A stretch of 64,000 nt of DNA, taken from Octopus sinensis (lineage: Eukaryota). Below the pieces are notes generated by a model that ran no database searches, had not been told where the DNA came from, and saw only the letters and a program-made list of their open reading frames with translations. The translations under genes were made by a program, and so were the position numbers. The stretch spans positions 18,724,001 to 18,788,000 of the forward strand of contig NC_042997.1 of NCBI RefSeq assembly GCF_006345805.1, given 5' to 3'. Below, in pieces: positions 25,845-39,054 of this stretch; positions within the stretch are counted from its first letter, which is position 1, and every line of letters begins with the position of its first letter.

Positions 25845-26535
25845 AGACAACTGTGCTGGTAAGGTCATGTGTTGAGTACGGATGAGGACAGCTGGGTGAA
25901 AAAGTGTCACGTCCTAACAGTGGAGGGAACCTGTGAAAGAGGTAGACCCAGGAAGACATGGGTTGACGTGGTGAAGCATGACCTTTGAATGTTGGGCCTC
26001 ACAAAAGTAATGACAAGTGACTGAAACCTTTGGAGATATGCTGTGAAGACCCAACAAGCCAAGTGAGATCGTAGTTGTGGCCAATGCCAGTGTCACATAA
26101 CTGGCCCATTTAAAAGTACCCTTTAATCGTTGGGAAATATGCTGTGCTTCAGAAGATCTGTTAAGTCAAGTGAAATCATAGTCATGGCTGATACCAGTGC
26201 CACCTGACTGGCACCTATGCCAGTGGTATATAAAAACTACCATTCGAGAGTGGCTGATCCCAGTGCTGGTAGCACGTAAAAAGCACTATTTGAGCATGAT
26301 TGATGCCAGTTTTGCCTGACTAGCTCCCGTGCTGGTGGCACATAAAAAGCACCATTTGAACATGGTTAATGCCAGTGTCACCTGACTAGCCCCCATGCAA
26401 TTGGCACATAAGAAGCACTCATTACACTCTTGGAGTGGTTGGTGTTAGGAAGGGCATCCAACTGTAGAAACCTTATCAGATCAGATTGGAGCCTGGTGCA
26501 GTTTCCTGATGATGATGATGATGATGATGATGATA
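25845..26535 (+). mobile_element. RTE LINE 3' end with several internal tandem units
   Basis: DEDSWVKKCH...GRPRKTWVDVVKHDL, repeated taaaaagcacc motif, (GAT)n tail. Confidence 0.85.
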
Positions 26536-26569
26536 TAACACTGAGAAAAAAAAAGGTCAATGGTCATTC

Positions 26570-26810
26570 CTGAGCTATAAACTCATAAGGCCAATTTCCA
26601 CTATGCTGCAGTATATATATTCCGCTCTCACCCACCCCAGATGGGATTCTGGTCCATTGCAGGATTACTAATTTTTTCCAGCCTGAGTGAACTGGAGCAA
26701 CATGAAATCAAATGTTTTACTCAAGAACACAATTCATTGCCCATTCTAGGAATCAAAACCACTATCTTACATTCATAAGTGTAACGCCTTAACCATTAGG
26801 TCATGTTTCT
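26570..26810 (-). mobile_element. Diverged SINE related to family C
   Basis: ctgagtgaactggagcaacatgaaat...ctcaagaacacaa matches 54300-54360 and 63850-63905. Confidence 0.6.
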
Positions 26811-27289
26811 CTGCATATAATGTTGTAGCAATTATTTTTGTCATTGTACATCAAATATTTTAAAAAATTTCTCTTAGCCACAAAGTAAAAGTAAAACCTA
26901 TTGTTAATCAACCAAATAAAAGTAAAAAAAAAGTTTTGTACTTTAAATGAATGTTCAAAACTAAAGCTGTTTGAAATTTAGACCATATTGAACTTAGAGC
27001 TATCATGCCTCAACCACTGGCAGATCTATTTGAATGCTGGACAAAATGCTTCATGGTATTTATTCCAATTCTCTGTGCTCTGGATTCAAATCCCACTGAG
27101 TTCAACTTTGTACCTAATCATTTGGGGCTTACTGAATAATGTAAGATCAAGAATGGGAATTTGGTGTAACTGTGAGAGCATCAAAAGACACCTCACAATA
27201 TTTGTTCTGGCCTATTGCATTCTAATAGTAATGCCTCTGACAGCTCTCTGTATTGGCTCTAAAGCACTGACTTTTCTCTCTGGCAGCAT

Positions 27290-27680
27290 CAGTAATGGCC
27301 CAGTGGTTAGGGCAGCGGACTCGTGGTCGGAGGATTGCGGTTTCGATTCCCAGACAGGGCATTGTGTTTTTATTGAATGAAAACACCTAAAGCTCCATGA
27401 GGCTCCAGCAGGGTGGGGTGGCGACCCCTGTTGTATTCTTTCACTCCAACTTTCTCTCACTCTTTCTTATTGTTTCTTATCCCCGACTTCCTACGCAACT
27501 GCTGAGCCTGGATGCACATTCATCCATCCATCGATGCTCTCAGTGTCGGGGGTTGACCTGCTTTCTCTTCTGCAGGTCTTATGAATAGCAAAGGACCACG
27601 TTTCGGACTTCTCCCACTCTGGGACGAAGACCGCTTTGCTCAACAAACAAACAAACAACAAACAAACAAACAAACAAGCA
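27290..27680 (+). mobile_element. SINE with family B tRNA head and a different 3' module ending in (AAAC)n
   Basis: Head nearly identical to the reverse complement of 5440-5575. The 3' module 27485-27680 matches the reverse complement of 43130-43345. Confidence 0.8.
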
Positions 27681-28503
27681 GCATCAGTAGTGGGAAAAAA
27701 GGGACTTGCATACATGAGAAACTGCCAGTCTTCCACAAAAACAACTTTGTCCAGACCTATACATACCGATTCAGAATAATGGCCAACATAGACAAATGAA
27801 AATTCCTGAAATATTAATATCAGGTATGTCTTCCCTTTTTGTCATTAACTCTATTTTTAACATGCCACAAGTTTAAATCAGCAAGTTTACATAAATTAAT
27901 ATAGAAATATACAAAACTACAGCATAAGCATATTTCCTCCATTAATCTAACGTCATTAATGCATAGTGAATCTATGTAGTAGACAAGCCATGTCACAGAC
28001 AAGGTTTGACATGTCTCAGTTAACAAGAAAATGTACCATTTCCTCATGTACATTTTCATGGTGGTTGTTGCTGGGAAAATCATCCAACTGTAGAATATTT
28101 TCATGTAAACACCTGCATTTCCAAACTATTCACTCACTGCCAAAATGGACAAGCAAGTTTTATAGCAGCCAAAAAGAAGAGAATGAAATGCAATGGTACT
28201 GGAAATTACCACTATTCTTATCATCAAATTTATGATCAATTTCTTCATTTTCGACATTACTCTTATGAACAATATCATAATCTAACGAGTGTTTCACCTA
28301 TTTATTTAATCAATATATGTACACACACACACAAGTACACATATAAATATGTACACATCAGTGTATATAAATATATATATGTATGTGTGTGCATGTGTAT
28401 ATGTGTGTGTGTTTGCTTGTGCATATATGTGTGTGTGTACCCACACACACACACAAACAAATGCACACCTGTACACACTCACACACACTCACACACACAC
28501 ACA

Positions 28504-28542
<39 letters not shown>

Positions 28543-29004
28543 ACACATGCATGATTTTTAGCAGGGCCTCTTGTACTGGTGGGAGCAAGGAAGAGGGAAT
28601 CTTTGAGCCAGAGTCCTGGTCTGAACCACTTGCACTCAAGTACCAAAGGACGGTGTTAAATAGGAACAACAGAGTAAGTCTACTACCTATGTAGATCACA
28701 GTGACAACTGAACTCTGAATGAAAAGGATCACTTTAAATACCACAAATAACGTCCCATCCAACCCTGTAACAAGTCTATCAAACTTAAACTCTAGATTAG
28801 TAGTTTATCATGAACCCCAGAAAGATGAATGACAAAGTTAACTTAGGCAGAATTCGAACTCAGAATATTATTTACCAGGCTAAGTACAAGTTCGTTTTGT
28901 CCAATGCTCTAATGACTTTGTTCATTTTCAGCTGATGTATGTATGTATGTATGTATGTATGTATGTATGTATGTATGTATGTATGTATGTAGGTAAGTAT
29001 GTAC

Positions 29005-29900
29005 TCTCATGCATGTAGTTGCATATCTAGATATGTTCATATATATTTAAATAATAAAATTCTGGAAAGTTTTACAGATTTTTACAGTTCCAGTCATGGC
29101 TTGGATCTGTAGTCTTTGAATTAGCTTTCTCCTTTCTGGTTGTGAGAAGCCTAATTTCTCAAGATTATTATTTAGGCAGTGTATTACATATCCCAGGGCC
29201 CCAATAATTATACGTATAAACCTGAACTTGTAATCTGGATAGAGTAACTCCAGATTTCTTAATAGTTCAGCATAGGTGTTCTCTTTTTCACTGATCTTAA
29301 CATCCGCTGGGCAGCTAATTTCCACAACTGTACACAGTTTCTCTTTTCTATTCCAAATCATTATATCAGGTCAGCTTTTCTTACATTTTATTGAGGTCTT
29401 CACTGGTACATTCCATCAGTATTCCTTTTCATTATGAGTGGCTATGGTTTCTACCATACTGTGGGTTCTTATTTCTTTGTCCTTGGGGTTATCCTTCCAA
29501 TGGATTTCATTATAGAGTGTCCTGGCTACAACGTCCTATCTCATCAGTAGATAATATTGTGATGACATTTTCAGACAATTGCTTATGATGTGGGTGATAT
29601 CTTCGGTGTGAACTCCACAATGTCTGCAATGGTTGTCACACTTTACAGCTTTACCTGCATCTCTATCCCTTTTGTGTATCCTACTTGGTTGATATTTTGT
29701 GTTCCTAGATTGCAAATGCATACCCTTCAAAGTGGTCCATGATAAACTGCTTTGATGATCGATGTTAATATCATCATGGAGCTTTCTAGTAACATACTCA
29801 TGCATAGTCTTCTGCTCATATTGGTTCATACTTTCATCTGATGATATGTTGTGGTAGAGTTGTGTGACTTCTTTTCGGCATGTATTCTAGGTTATCAGAC
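29005..29900 (-). mobile_element. R4/Dong-like RLE non-LTR retrotransposon, 3' part, with (CATA)n tail
   Basis: CCHC knuckle CRHCGVHTEDITHIISNC, RLE motif PDIMIWNRKEKLCTVVEISCP, IIIGALG. Tail (TATG)n at 28935-29000. Confidence 0.85.
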
Positions 29901-30059
29901 AAAGAGTGTGGATGGATGTGTACATGTACGGTTGTTTTTGTTTACATGTGCATGCACATATGTAGTTGAGTAAAAAAGGTAAGAAATGGCTATTAACTAA
30001 TTTATCATTTAAAGGCATATTCTTTAACTGATCCTCTTGTTTAGACAGTATTCTTTTTA

Positions 30060-30290
30060 TTATGTATGTATGTATGTGCAGATTTATGTATGTTTTATGT
30101 ATGTATTCTCATGCATATAGTTGCATATCTAGATATCATATATATTTAAATAATAAAATTCTGGAAAGTTTTACAGATTTTTACAGTTCCAGTGATAGCT
30201 TGGACCTGTAGTCTTCGAATGAGCTTTCTCCTTTCTCCCTCTTTGAAGGGTATGCCTTTGCAATCTAGGAACAGGAAATATCAACCAAAT
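30060..30290 (-). mobile_element. Short copy of the same R4-like family with an inverted internal segment
   Basis: 30100-30235 matches 29005-29135. 30241-30288 is the reverse complement of 29685-29732. Confidence 0.75.
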
Positions 30291-31586
30291 GTTTGGCAAA
30301 CTAAAAGAGAAAGTGGATTTAACCATTAGAGTTACAGAATTAAAGTACAAAAGCTAGTATAATAATGAGTGGAAGTACTGAAGTTATACAGGTAATTGGA
30401 TCTCATATATATTCGATAAAAGAGTTTGTCAACATCTTATGAGTTGGCTTTAAGGAGATCTGCTTTGCAGTGATTATAATTCAGTTAATGTGATTGTTCC
30501 GTTTTGTGGATATAATTGTAAGAGGAGATAAGTAAAGGCTATCTATGACTGTATTTGGTTTTCCTACTTGTGTTTTAACTTTATATTTTAATCATTTTAA
30601 TAATTTATTCTAATCTAATTTATGCTTATATAATTATACTTAAATCCAAATGTCGATATTTCTGAAGGGTCTTTTTTCTGTTTTAATATTTTATTTAGTA
30701 ATGATGTGTTTCTATGAATCAATTAAAAAATATCAGTTGTGTGTTTGTTTCATTTATCTTGTATCTATGAAGAAAATAAGGAAAAAAATATCAAATATAT
30801 TTTAAGATAAGATTTATTTTTTTGATGTATTAAAATGTACCCTTTCCTCATTTATTAATTTCATTAAAAGTAGAAGTTAACTGCATCATATATTAGCTCA
30901 TGCTATATATTATAATTGTATCAAAATCAAGGGTCATTTCATGTAAGATTCTTTTGATATTATAAGTCCATATAGATATCTAAGTGTCACAAATGCATTA
31001 TGAAGTTTTATGCCAAGACCAATGAGAAAATCCTGTACACAGCCACTCAAATTTTAGAAGTAACATCCATATTTCCCAGATGTTTAACTCTACTACCTTA
31101 AAGAAAAAAGAATTGTGCTAGATTGTAACCTTAGACATGTAATGCTCAAAATAAATATTGGTGGTCATGCCTGTAATAATTCCATCCATAATTTGCTTAG
31201 TAAGAGATAATCTAGAATCAAACAACAATTATATGTGAAAATAGAAGTAGACAACTGATTGTAAATTAGTAAGAATTAATCATAAAATTTCATTTCTCAG
31301 AATTTGGACAAAATGAAAATATCAAAAAAACATTAAAAAATAAACTATACTGTACATAAAAGTTATATTAAGTTAAGTCCATTCAAAATATATCCACATA
31401 TGTTTAGTGTTCTATTTAATCCTTTTAATTTTCTGCTATATTAAAAATTCATAATGCAGTGTATAGCATTTATAATGAATATATACTTTTAGAATGGTGC
31501 TAGCGAAAATATTTTGTTGCTTAGAAACTCCTCAAGAAGATTTGGCTTCTCTTACATAAAATATAACTTGTGCTGTTTCAAATTTG

Positions 31587-31800
31587 TATCATCATCATCA
31601 TCATCATCATCATCAGCATCAGCATCATCGTTGCCATTGTCATCGTCATCATCGTCGTCGTCATCATCATCGTCGTCGTCATCATTTAACAGTCACCTTC
31701 CATGCTGACGTAAGTTGGATGGTTTGACAGGAGCTGGCCAGGCAGAAGCCTGCACCAGACATCTGTGTCTATTTTGGCAGGACTTTTATGGCTGGATGCT
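31587..31800 (-). mobile_element. Diverged RTE 3' terminus with (CAT)/(CGT) tail
   Basis: catttaac...ttccatgctg...ggatggtttgac...cctgcaccag...ggctggatgc. Confidence 0.65.
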
Positions 31801-34364
31801 GTAAAAATCAGGTCACAAATAGAAGATTTATATGGCAACAAAAAAGTTTTTGCTGACTTTTCTTCATCACCAGATGGGGTAGATGGTGATGATGATGATG
31901 CTCTAGATGACAACAAAGATGATGATCATGATGCTTCAACAAGCTCTGGATGACAAAGGTGCACCAATTTCAACCTATTTGTACATTCAATAATAATAAT
32001 AATCACAAACAAATTTTTGCTCAAATGATTTTATTGCCCTTTTGTCTTTATTTTTATAATCTAAGAGAGTTTGTACTTATTTAAAGTGAAAATAAGTACA
32101 AAACTTACCCTTGAGAAAAATATCTTTTGTTTTTGCTGTTTGGAACACATATTCATGCAATCTTTTCCAGATGTTTCTGAGCTAATTGCTTTAGATCTAT
32201 TTTTCTGATAGTTTTGTATAATGCAATGCTCCATATTAGGCAATATTTATTCATGATCTAGTAACTATTGTTTAACAGTTAACTGGACTATGAGATACGA
32301 AATTAAGTTCCTAAATATGCAAATGCATTAATACACAATAAGAGATCCCCAATAAATTTAAGCTTAAAGTTTGTATGCTAGATATGCTATGCAGAAATTC
32401 CCTTTTATGAGGTGAACTCTTTTTCATTTGCAGAAAATTTCTTGATGTTACAGTTTTATTTTTTTAACGGTGCAATATTCTTCCCATTGTAAAGTTATGC
32501 TTATAATATCTAAGTTTAATTTCCAAGACAAGTCTAATTTCCAAATTTCAGAAACATCTAAAACAGATTAATTATCCTAAATTTATTATTAGTAATTATT
32601 GTATAGAAAAAGAAAAATTAACTGAGACAGGATATTGTAAATATTCTGAGCCAAAGCTCTCCCTCTTGAACTAAATCCTAGATTATACTCAATATGCTAT
32701 AGCTCTGAATCTAATTGCTATTGATTTTAGGGCACTAATGGAAAATGTTGACCCTAGTCTGTCAGGAAACAAACTTTGGATAGTGTGAATTATCTTGTCT
32801 GAATCTTGACTATATTTACTGGTTCTGCTATACTAGAATTAAGATATAGATATTCTTTTTATTTATTTGTAAAATTGTGTTTAGAATATCTTTCTGCTTA
32901 TAATAACATATTTTTTTATCATACAATATATCTATAATACAACAGACACCGTAAAGTAGAATATCGGTTACTAGATCATAGATATCTAATACACTTCCAT
33001 TTCTAAATGTATATACTATTACTATAACATAATAATAAAACAGATATCAATCTAACTGTACATAGTATGTGTTGTAAATGATTATTATGACCTTGTGATG
33101 CCGCAATTGTTTTAGCTTCAACACTGTGTCTTATCACAATGAAGGTCAACTAAAACATATAACAATATCTAAAGATTCATTTCAAATTCATGGTCACCAC
33201 TCAGAAAATTTCTCTCAATTTTTAAATCACATTTTCTTCCATTTGATTCACATATAGCATTTATTCAATTATATTTTTCTTCTAGTTATTTTTTGTCTTC
33301 CATCTTTTGTTAACCACATACAATTCTATCATCTTAACAACCTCATACATATAATGTATTGTTATATTTACTAATAGTTAGCATTTACAAGTTTTCGTTA
33401 CTGTAGCCCTGAATTGTTCTAGAACCAAATAACCAAATTTCATAGAATTGTTGCTGTTATTATTGTTTTTATTATTATCTTTTTTATATTTTTATTTTTT
33501 GCTCATTGTTGATTGTAGTTGAACAACTGAAGCTACTTTTTGTAAGATCAAATATATTCAATTCTCAACCATTCAAGCATGTCATCTCATTTTCTACTTC
33601 ATATTGAACAAAAGATAAGATGAGACAATTTCTTTTAGTGGAGATGTTAATTTAAATAGCAGTCAACCACACCAATGTAATCTAAATCCACTATCTGACA
33701 AATGCAGTGTTATTTTTATAGCGTTTCCTTTTTTTCCTCTCACCAAATGATCTTACATTACATGACTACTATAGATCACTCATCTATTTCATGAGAAATG
33801 CATTACAGATCTAACTCAAAATATTTATCTTTTTACTATTTAGCTGCTTTTTTTTCAATTTTCTTTTCCTTTGTCTTAACTTTAGATAAGTTATTGCTTT
33901 CCTTCTTGATTCAAGAATATGGGTGGGTTCAAGGATGCAATGAATTAAATGTGAAATGGGCTGTTGCACACTACCCATTATACATAGTCTAGAAGCAAAA
34001 TGAACAAACCTCCAGATTTAATAACATAGTAGATTGAGATGAATGTGAGAGGTGGTGACTGTGACTAGATGCTAAGAACTAGTTTAGCTTCTCCATTCTC
34101 ACAGAAGAATTTGAACTCAGTATGGCAAACTATTGAAATTGTTGAGAATTTTATAGTATTTCTACTACTTAAAGTAATAAACTATTGCTACTCAGCAGTT
34201 ATTGCTTTTAACTAAATGGATTAGACTATTTATGAATCAAGTATCTTGGTTAAATATACAAAACAGTGCCAAGTGTAGGAAACGAGCTACTGAACACTTG
34301 GTTTGTTATCCCAAAAATTTATATTTTCCAGTTGTCTTACAGGTTATCAAATCATTTCCTAGTA

Positions 34365-34994
34365 TCAGGTTATCCCATAAAGAATGCAGATAGTTTATAC
34401 TTCTTTTATTTTTCAAAATTAAGATAAAGTTATTTTTTAATCTAAAATATACTCCCTTTCATTTTCTACAATGCCTTTCCATCTATCTGGTAGGCTTGCA
34501 AGGTCCCTCTTCCAAAATTCACTTGTCCGTGATGAAAAATATTCCTCCAGTACTGTTCTGACCTTGTCTACAGAATTTATATTGTTTCTGTTCAAATGAT
34601 TTTGAAGACTGCGGAATAAATGATAATTAGATGGGGCAATGTCCAGCGAATATGGTGGGTGGGATATCGTTTCCAATTCAACTCCCGCCTTTGGAATGTC
34701 ATCCTCGATACATGTGGCCAAGGATTATCCTGATGGAAGAACAGCTTTTGTCTTAAAACCAAAGATAATCATTTTTCTTCTAGTGCTGCTCGCAGTAGAT
34801 CTTATTTCTTATTGTTTGGTTTGGCTTTAAAAGTTCAAAGTGGACTAAACCTTTCATATCCCACCAAACAGATAACAACACCATACATGGGTAAAGACCT
34901 TCTTTAGCCTGGGGTGCTGGTGTTTCTCTTTCTCTACCCACTGTCTTCAGCACTTGACATTTTTATAAAGAACCCATTTCTCGTCACCAGTCAC
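34365..34994 (-). mobile_element. mariner (DD34D) transposon, 3' half, pseudogenised
   Basis: VTGDEKWVLYKNVK and HPPYSLDIAPSNYHLFRSLQN...LPDRWKGIVENEREY. End ta|tcaggttatcccataa. Confidence 0.85.
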
Positions 34995-35059
34995 TGTGGT
35001 ATTGAGCAGAATATTTACTGTGGCCCATCTTTTATACTAAGACAAATTATTATTACTAT

Positions 35060-35624
35060 ATGACCTGATGCAGTTCCAGGCAGTGACTCTCATGGCTTCT
35101 GATCTTAACTGATTGGAAGTGTTATCATGTACATTGTTTTGTCTTGGTATAAAAGATGGGCTACAGCAAATATTCTGCTCAATACCACAGATTTGCTTGT
35201 CAGTTTTTTGACCGTAATCAGTTGAGCATGCCCCTTAGTGGCTGACGATATGTGCATCTCTGATCATGAGCAGAAGTAGTTGGGGAGCATCGTAGCCATG
35301 CGTTAAGAGGAATTCTTTGGGGTTTGGATAATTCACCTTTGGAAACATGGGTGTTTTGTTCATCAACCTCAAACATCCCTGCTGAGTGGGTTGGTTTACT
35401 CGACCTAAAGAAAATTCGAAGCCCCACCTGCAAGCTCATGCCCTGTTTATCTTGATATGAGATCACCATGTCGGGCATATATTGTTGTTATGCATGTGCC
35501 TGGTGTACCCTTATCAGACAGGTAGTTATGATGGGTATACTGGGCTTTGTATATTTGTACCCCAGTGTCACTTTGATGGCATGTGCTACTCTTTCACTCA
35601 ATAATAAAAATAATAATAATGATG

Positions 35625-35668
<44 letters not shown>

Positions 35669-35670
35669 TT
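35060..35670 (+). mobile_element. Unclassified retroposon with (TAA)n tail, copy 1
   Basis: 35108-35600 is nearly colinear with 36619-37128. Both end ctctc/ttcactca-(ata)n. Confidence 0.75.
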
Positions 35671-35674
35671 TGGC

Positions 35675-36060
35675 TTAAGGCCAGCAATTTTAGGGGAAGG
35701 GGTAGGCAATTACATCAACCCCATTGTTCAGCTGCTATTTATTTTATCAACCTCAAAAGTTAACCTTGGTAGCATTTGAAATCAGGATGTAGAGACAGTC
35801 AAAATGCTGTTAAGCATTTTTCCTGGAATGCTAACAATTTTGCTCTCTCACCACCATAATAATAATAATAATAATAATCTTATCTACTATAGGCACAAAG
35901 TCTGAAATTTGGGGGAGAGGGCTAATTGATTACATCGCCCCCAGTGCTCCACTGGTACTTATTTCATAAACCCTGAAATAATAAAAAGCAAAGTCGATTT
36001 TGGTCAAATTTGAAATTAGAATGTAAAAATGAATGAAATGCCAATAAGAAATTTTTACAG
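35675..36060 (-). mobile_element. Two diverged copies of SINE family D
   Basis: Reverse-complement similarity to 47993-48150 (gattacatcgccccc...ctggtacttatttcataaaccctgaa...gcaaagtcga). Confidence 0.55.
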
Positions 36061-36066
36061 GCATGT

Positions 36067-36208
36067 TTGTTTACCAATCACATGTTTCCGGGTTCAGTCC
36101 CACTGCATGGCACCTGGGGCAAGTGTCTTCTACTATAGCCTTGGGCTGACCAAAGCCTTGTGAATGGATTTGGTAGACAGAAACTGAAAGAAGCCCGTCA
36201 TATATACG

Positions 36209-36289
<81 letters not shown>

Positions 36290-36510
36290 TGTGCATCTGT
36301 GTTTGTCCCCCCAAAATCGCTTGACAACCGAAGCTGGTGTGTTTACGTCCCTTTAACTTAGTGGTTTGGCGAAAGAATAAGTTCTGATAGAATAAGTACT
36401 AGACCTACAAAGAATAAGTCCTGGGGTCGATTTGCTTGACTAAAAGACGGTGCTCCAGCATGGCCACAGTCAAATGACTGAAACAAGTAAAAGAGTAAAA
36501 GAGTAAAGAG
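36067..36510 (+). mobile_element. SINE family A, 5'-clipped
   Basis: High similarity to the other copies. Confidence 0.9.
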
Positions 36511-36586
36511 TATGCTAATGTTTCTCCCAGATTGCCACCTTCAGTAATAATGATGATAATGATGATGATGATAATAATAATAATAA

Positions 36587-36617
<31 letters not shown>

Positions 36618-36618
36618 A

Positions 36619-37126
36619 ACTGATTGGAAATGTTATCATGTACATTGTTTTGTCTTGGTATAAAAGATGGGCTACAGCATATATTCTGCTCAATACCACA
36701 GATTTGCTTGTCAGTTGTTTGACTTTAACCAGTTGAGCATGTCCCTTAGTGGCTGACGATATGTGCATCTCTGATCACAAGCAGAAGTAGTGGGGGAGCA
36801 TCATAGCCATGTGTTGAGAGGAATTCTTTGGGGTTTGAATAATTCACCTCTGGAAACATGGGTGGTTCTTTCAACATCCTTAAACAACCTTTATTCAGGG
36901 ACCTTTTGAGCGGTATGGGCTACTCAACCTGAAGAAAATTCTAACTGGGCCCCACCTGCAAGGTCATGTGCTGTTTATCTTGATATGAGATCACGATGTC
37001 ACGCACATATGGTTGTGATGCATGTGCCTGGTGTACCCTTATCAGACGGGTAGTCATGATGGGTATATTGGGCTTCGTATATTTTACCCCAGTGTCACTT
37101 TGATGGCATGAACTGCTCTCTCACTC

Positions 37127-37170
<44 letters not shown>

Positions 37171-37180
37171 CAATGATAAT
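36619..37180 (+). mobile_element. Unclassified retroposon with (TAA)n tail, copy 2
   Basis: Homologous to 35108-35600. Inserted in (TAA)n. Confidence 0.75.
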
Positions 37181-37360
37181 TTAACTTAAAAAAAAAATGA
37201 ACGAACTAGTGAGTTTTGTTTAATGGCCTACCAATGTATACTATGAGTTTCTTTGCCCTAGGAGTCGGGAAGACACTCAGCAAGAAATGGAAGCAAATTT
37301 GAAAGAAGAGGAAAAAAAAAGATAACAATAATAATAACAATGATAATAATAATAATAATG

Positions 37361-37394
<34 letters not shown>

Positions 37395-37422
37395 TAATAA
37401 TAATAATAATAAGAAGAAGAAG

Positions 37423-37965
37423 AAGAAAAGGTCACAGAAAACGAGAAAGCAACCATACTCTGGGATATGCCGATACACACAGATAGAGAAATTAAGGCCA
37501 ACAGACCAGATATAGTTGTCAGAGATCATGAAGAAAAAAAATGCTTTCTAATTGATGTATCAATACCGGCAGATGACAACGTGTCTCTAAAAGAAATGGA
37601 GAAACTCTCAAAATACAAAGACCTGGAAATAGAGGTAACTAGAATGTGGAATCTGAAAACAGAAACAATTCCTATCATAGTAGGTGCATTAGGCATGATA
37701 AAAAATATTCAGACAAATACATAACAAAAACACCAGGACTTACAACACATATAACATACAGAAAATTGCACTACTAGGCAGTGCACACATCCTACGCAGA
37801 ACACTTTCCATACAATAACCATCAGAGCATCACAACAAATCACAGCACATACCCAGGCACACAGAGCTGCGCTCGGTAGTGAAGTGAAAGCACGCTATAA
37901 AAATAAAACTACTGAATAATAATAATAATAATAATAAATAATAATAATAATAATTATAATAATAT
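37423..37965 (+). mobile_element. R4/Dong-like RLE retrotransposon 3' end in (TAA)n
   Basis: KATILWDMPIHTDREIKANRPDIVVRDHEEKKCFLIDVSIPADDNVSLKEMEKLSKYKDLEIEVTRMWNLKTETIPIIVGALG, a PD..D RLE. (TAA)n on both sides. Confidence 0.9.
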
Positions 37966-38495
37966 TTTTGAAAGTTCGATCCCACATCCACATGGAGTGG
38001 AGTCAGCAATGCACAGTTGGCAAGTTACTCACAAAAGTGGCAAAAGAAGCTTTGACAGTCAGATATAACAATATCACTATACTGAAATGAATTATCATAG
38101 TACATTGATCATGTTATGGGTGAACAAGGACTGCAATCCTAAGTGAAGAAGTAGACTAGAAGAGAAATGTTTGCAACCAGAAAAACTCTACTCACCCACT
38201 AGCACTAGAGTAAACCCAGTTCAAGGACACTCCTCCTAATGGCCTTCTAAGTATGGCCACCCTGTAGTCATTCATTTTGGATGTGAAAATGTAATGTATA
38301 TAATTAAAATTTACTAAGTTTGTAAAGCAAATTTCTTTACTGTCTACCTCAGGGTATCAAGAACAGGCATTCCTAAGTAATTATAGTTCTTTTTTTTTTT
38401 TCAGAAGTACTCCACAGAAAATTTCATTTGGTAATGCTTGAATAAATTGTATCTTGCAGAGAGATGATAAACAACATCTTCACACTACAAGAATC

Positions 38496-38566
<71 letters not shown>

Positions 38567-38720
38567 TAAGAAGAAGAAGAAAGAAGAAGAAGAAGAAGAA
38601 GAAGAAGAAGAAGAAGAAGAAGAAGAAGAAGAAGAAGAAGAAGAAGAAGAAGAAGAAGAAGAACAACAACAACAACAACAACAACAGCAATGACAGGAAT
38701 AATAATATTGATGATGATGA
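38496..38720. repeat. Compound (AAT)n(AAG)n(AAC)n trinucleotide microsatellite
   Basis: Direct reading. Confidence 0.95.
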
Positions 38721-39054
38721 TATATAGTAATAGTATATTTTCTTGTGTCCCAATCTTGTTTCATCTTAATTGTGAAGCCCACATCATTTGGAATTGATTT
38801 AACTAACTCTTCAACCTCTATATAAATATTCTTTGATGAAATTTCTATTGCATTTACCTTCCACTCTTAATCTACAAGAATTCTTCAGCCGTAATATATT
38901 CATATTATATATCTGTATTATCATGTAAAATAGAAGTAAACCGGCTGTTAAATTATATGCATACATGTATACATACATACATACATATACACACATATCT
39001 ATATATATATACATATATGTACATACATACATACATGCATGCATGCATACATAC

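Noticed and set aside
38405-38430. Microexon after a strong polypyrimidine acceptor
   Set aside because: It is 26 nt (frame-shifting) with a weak donor, and the poly-T is equally explained as a simple repeat.
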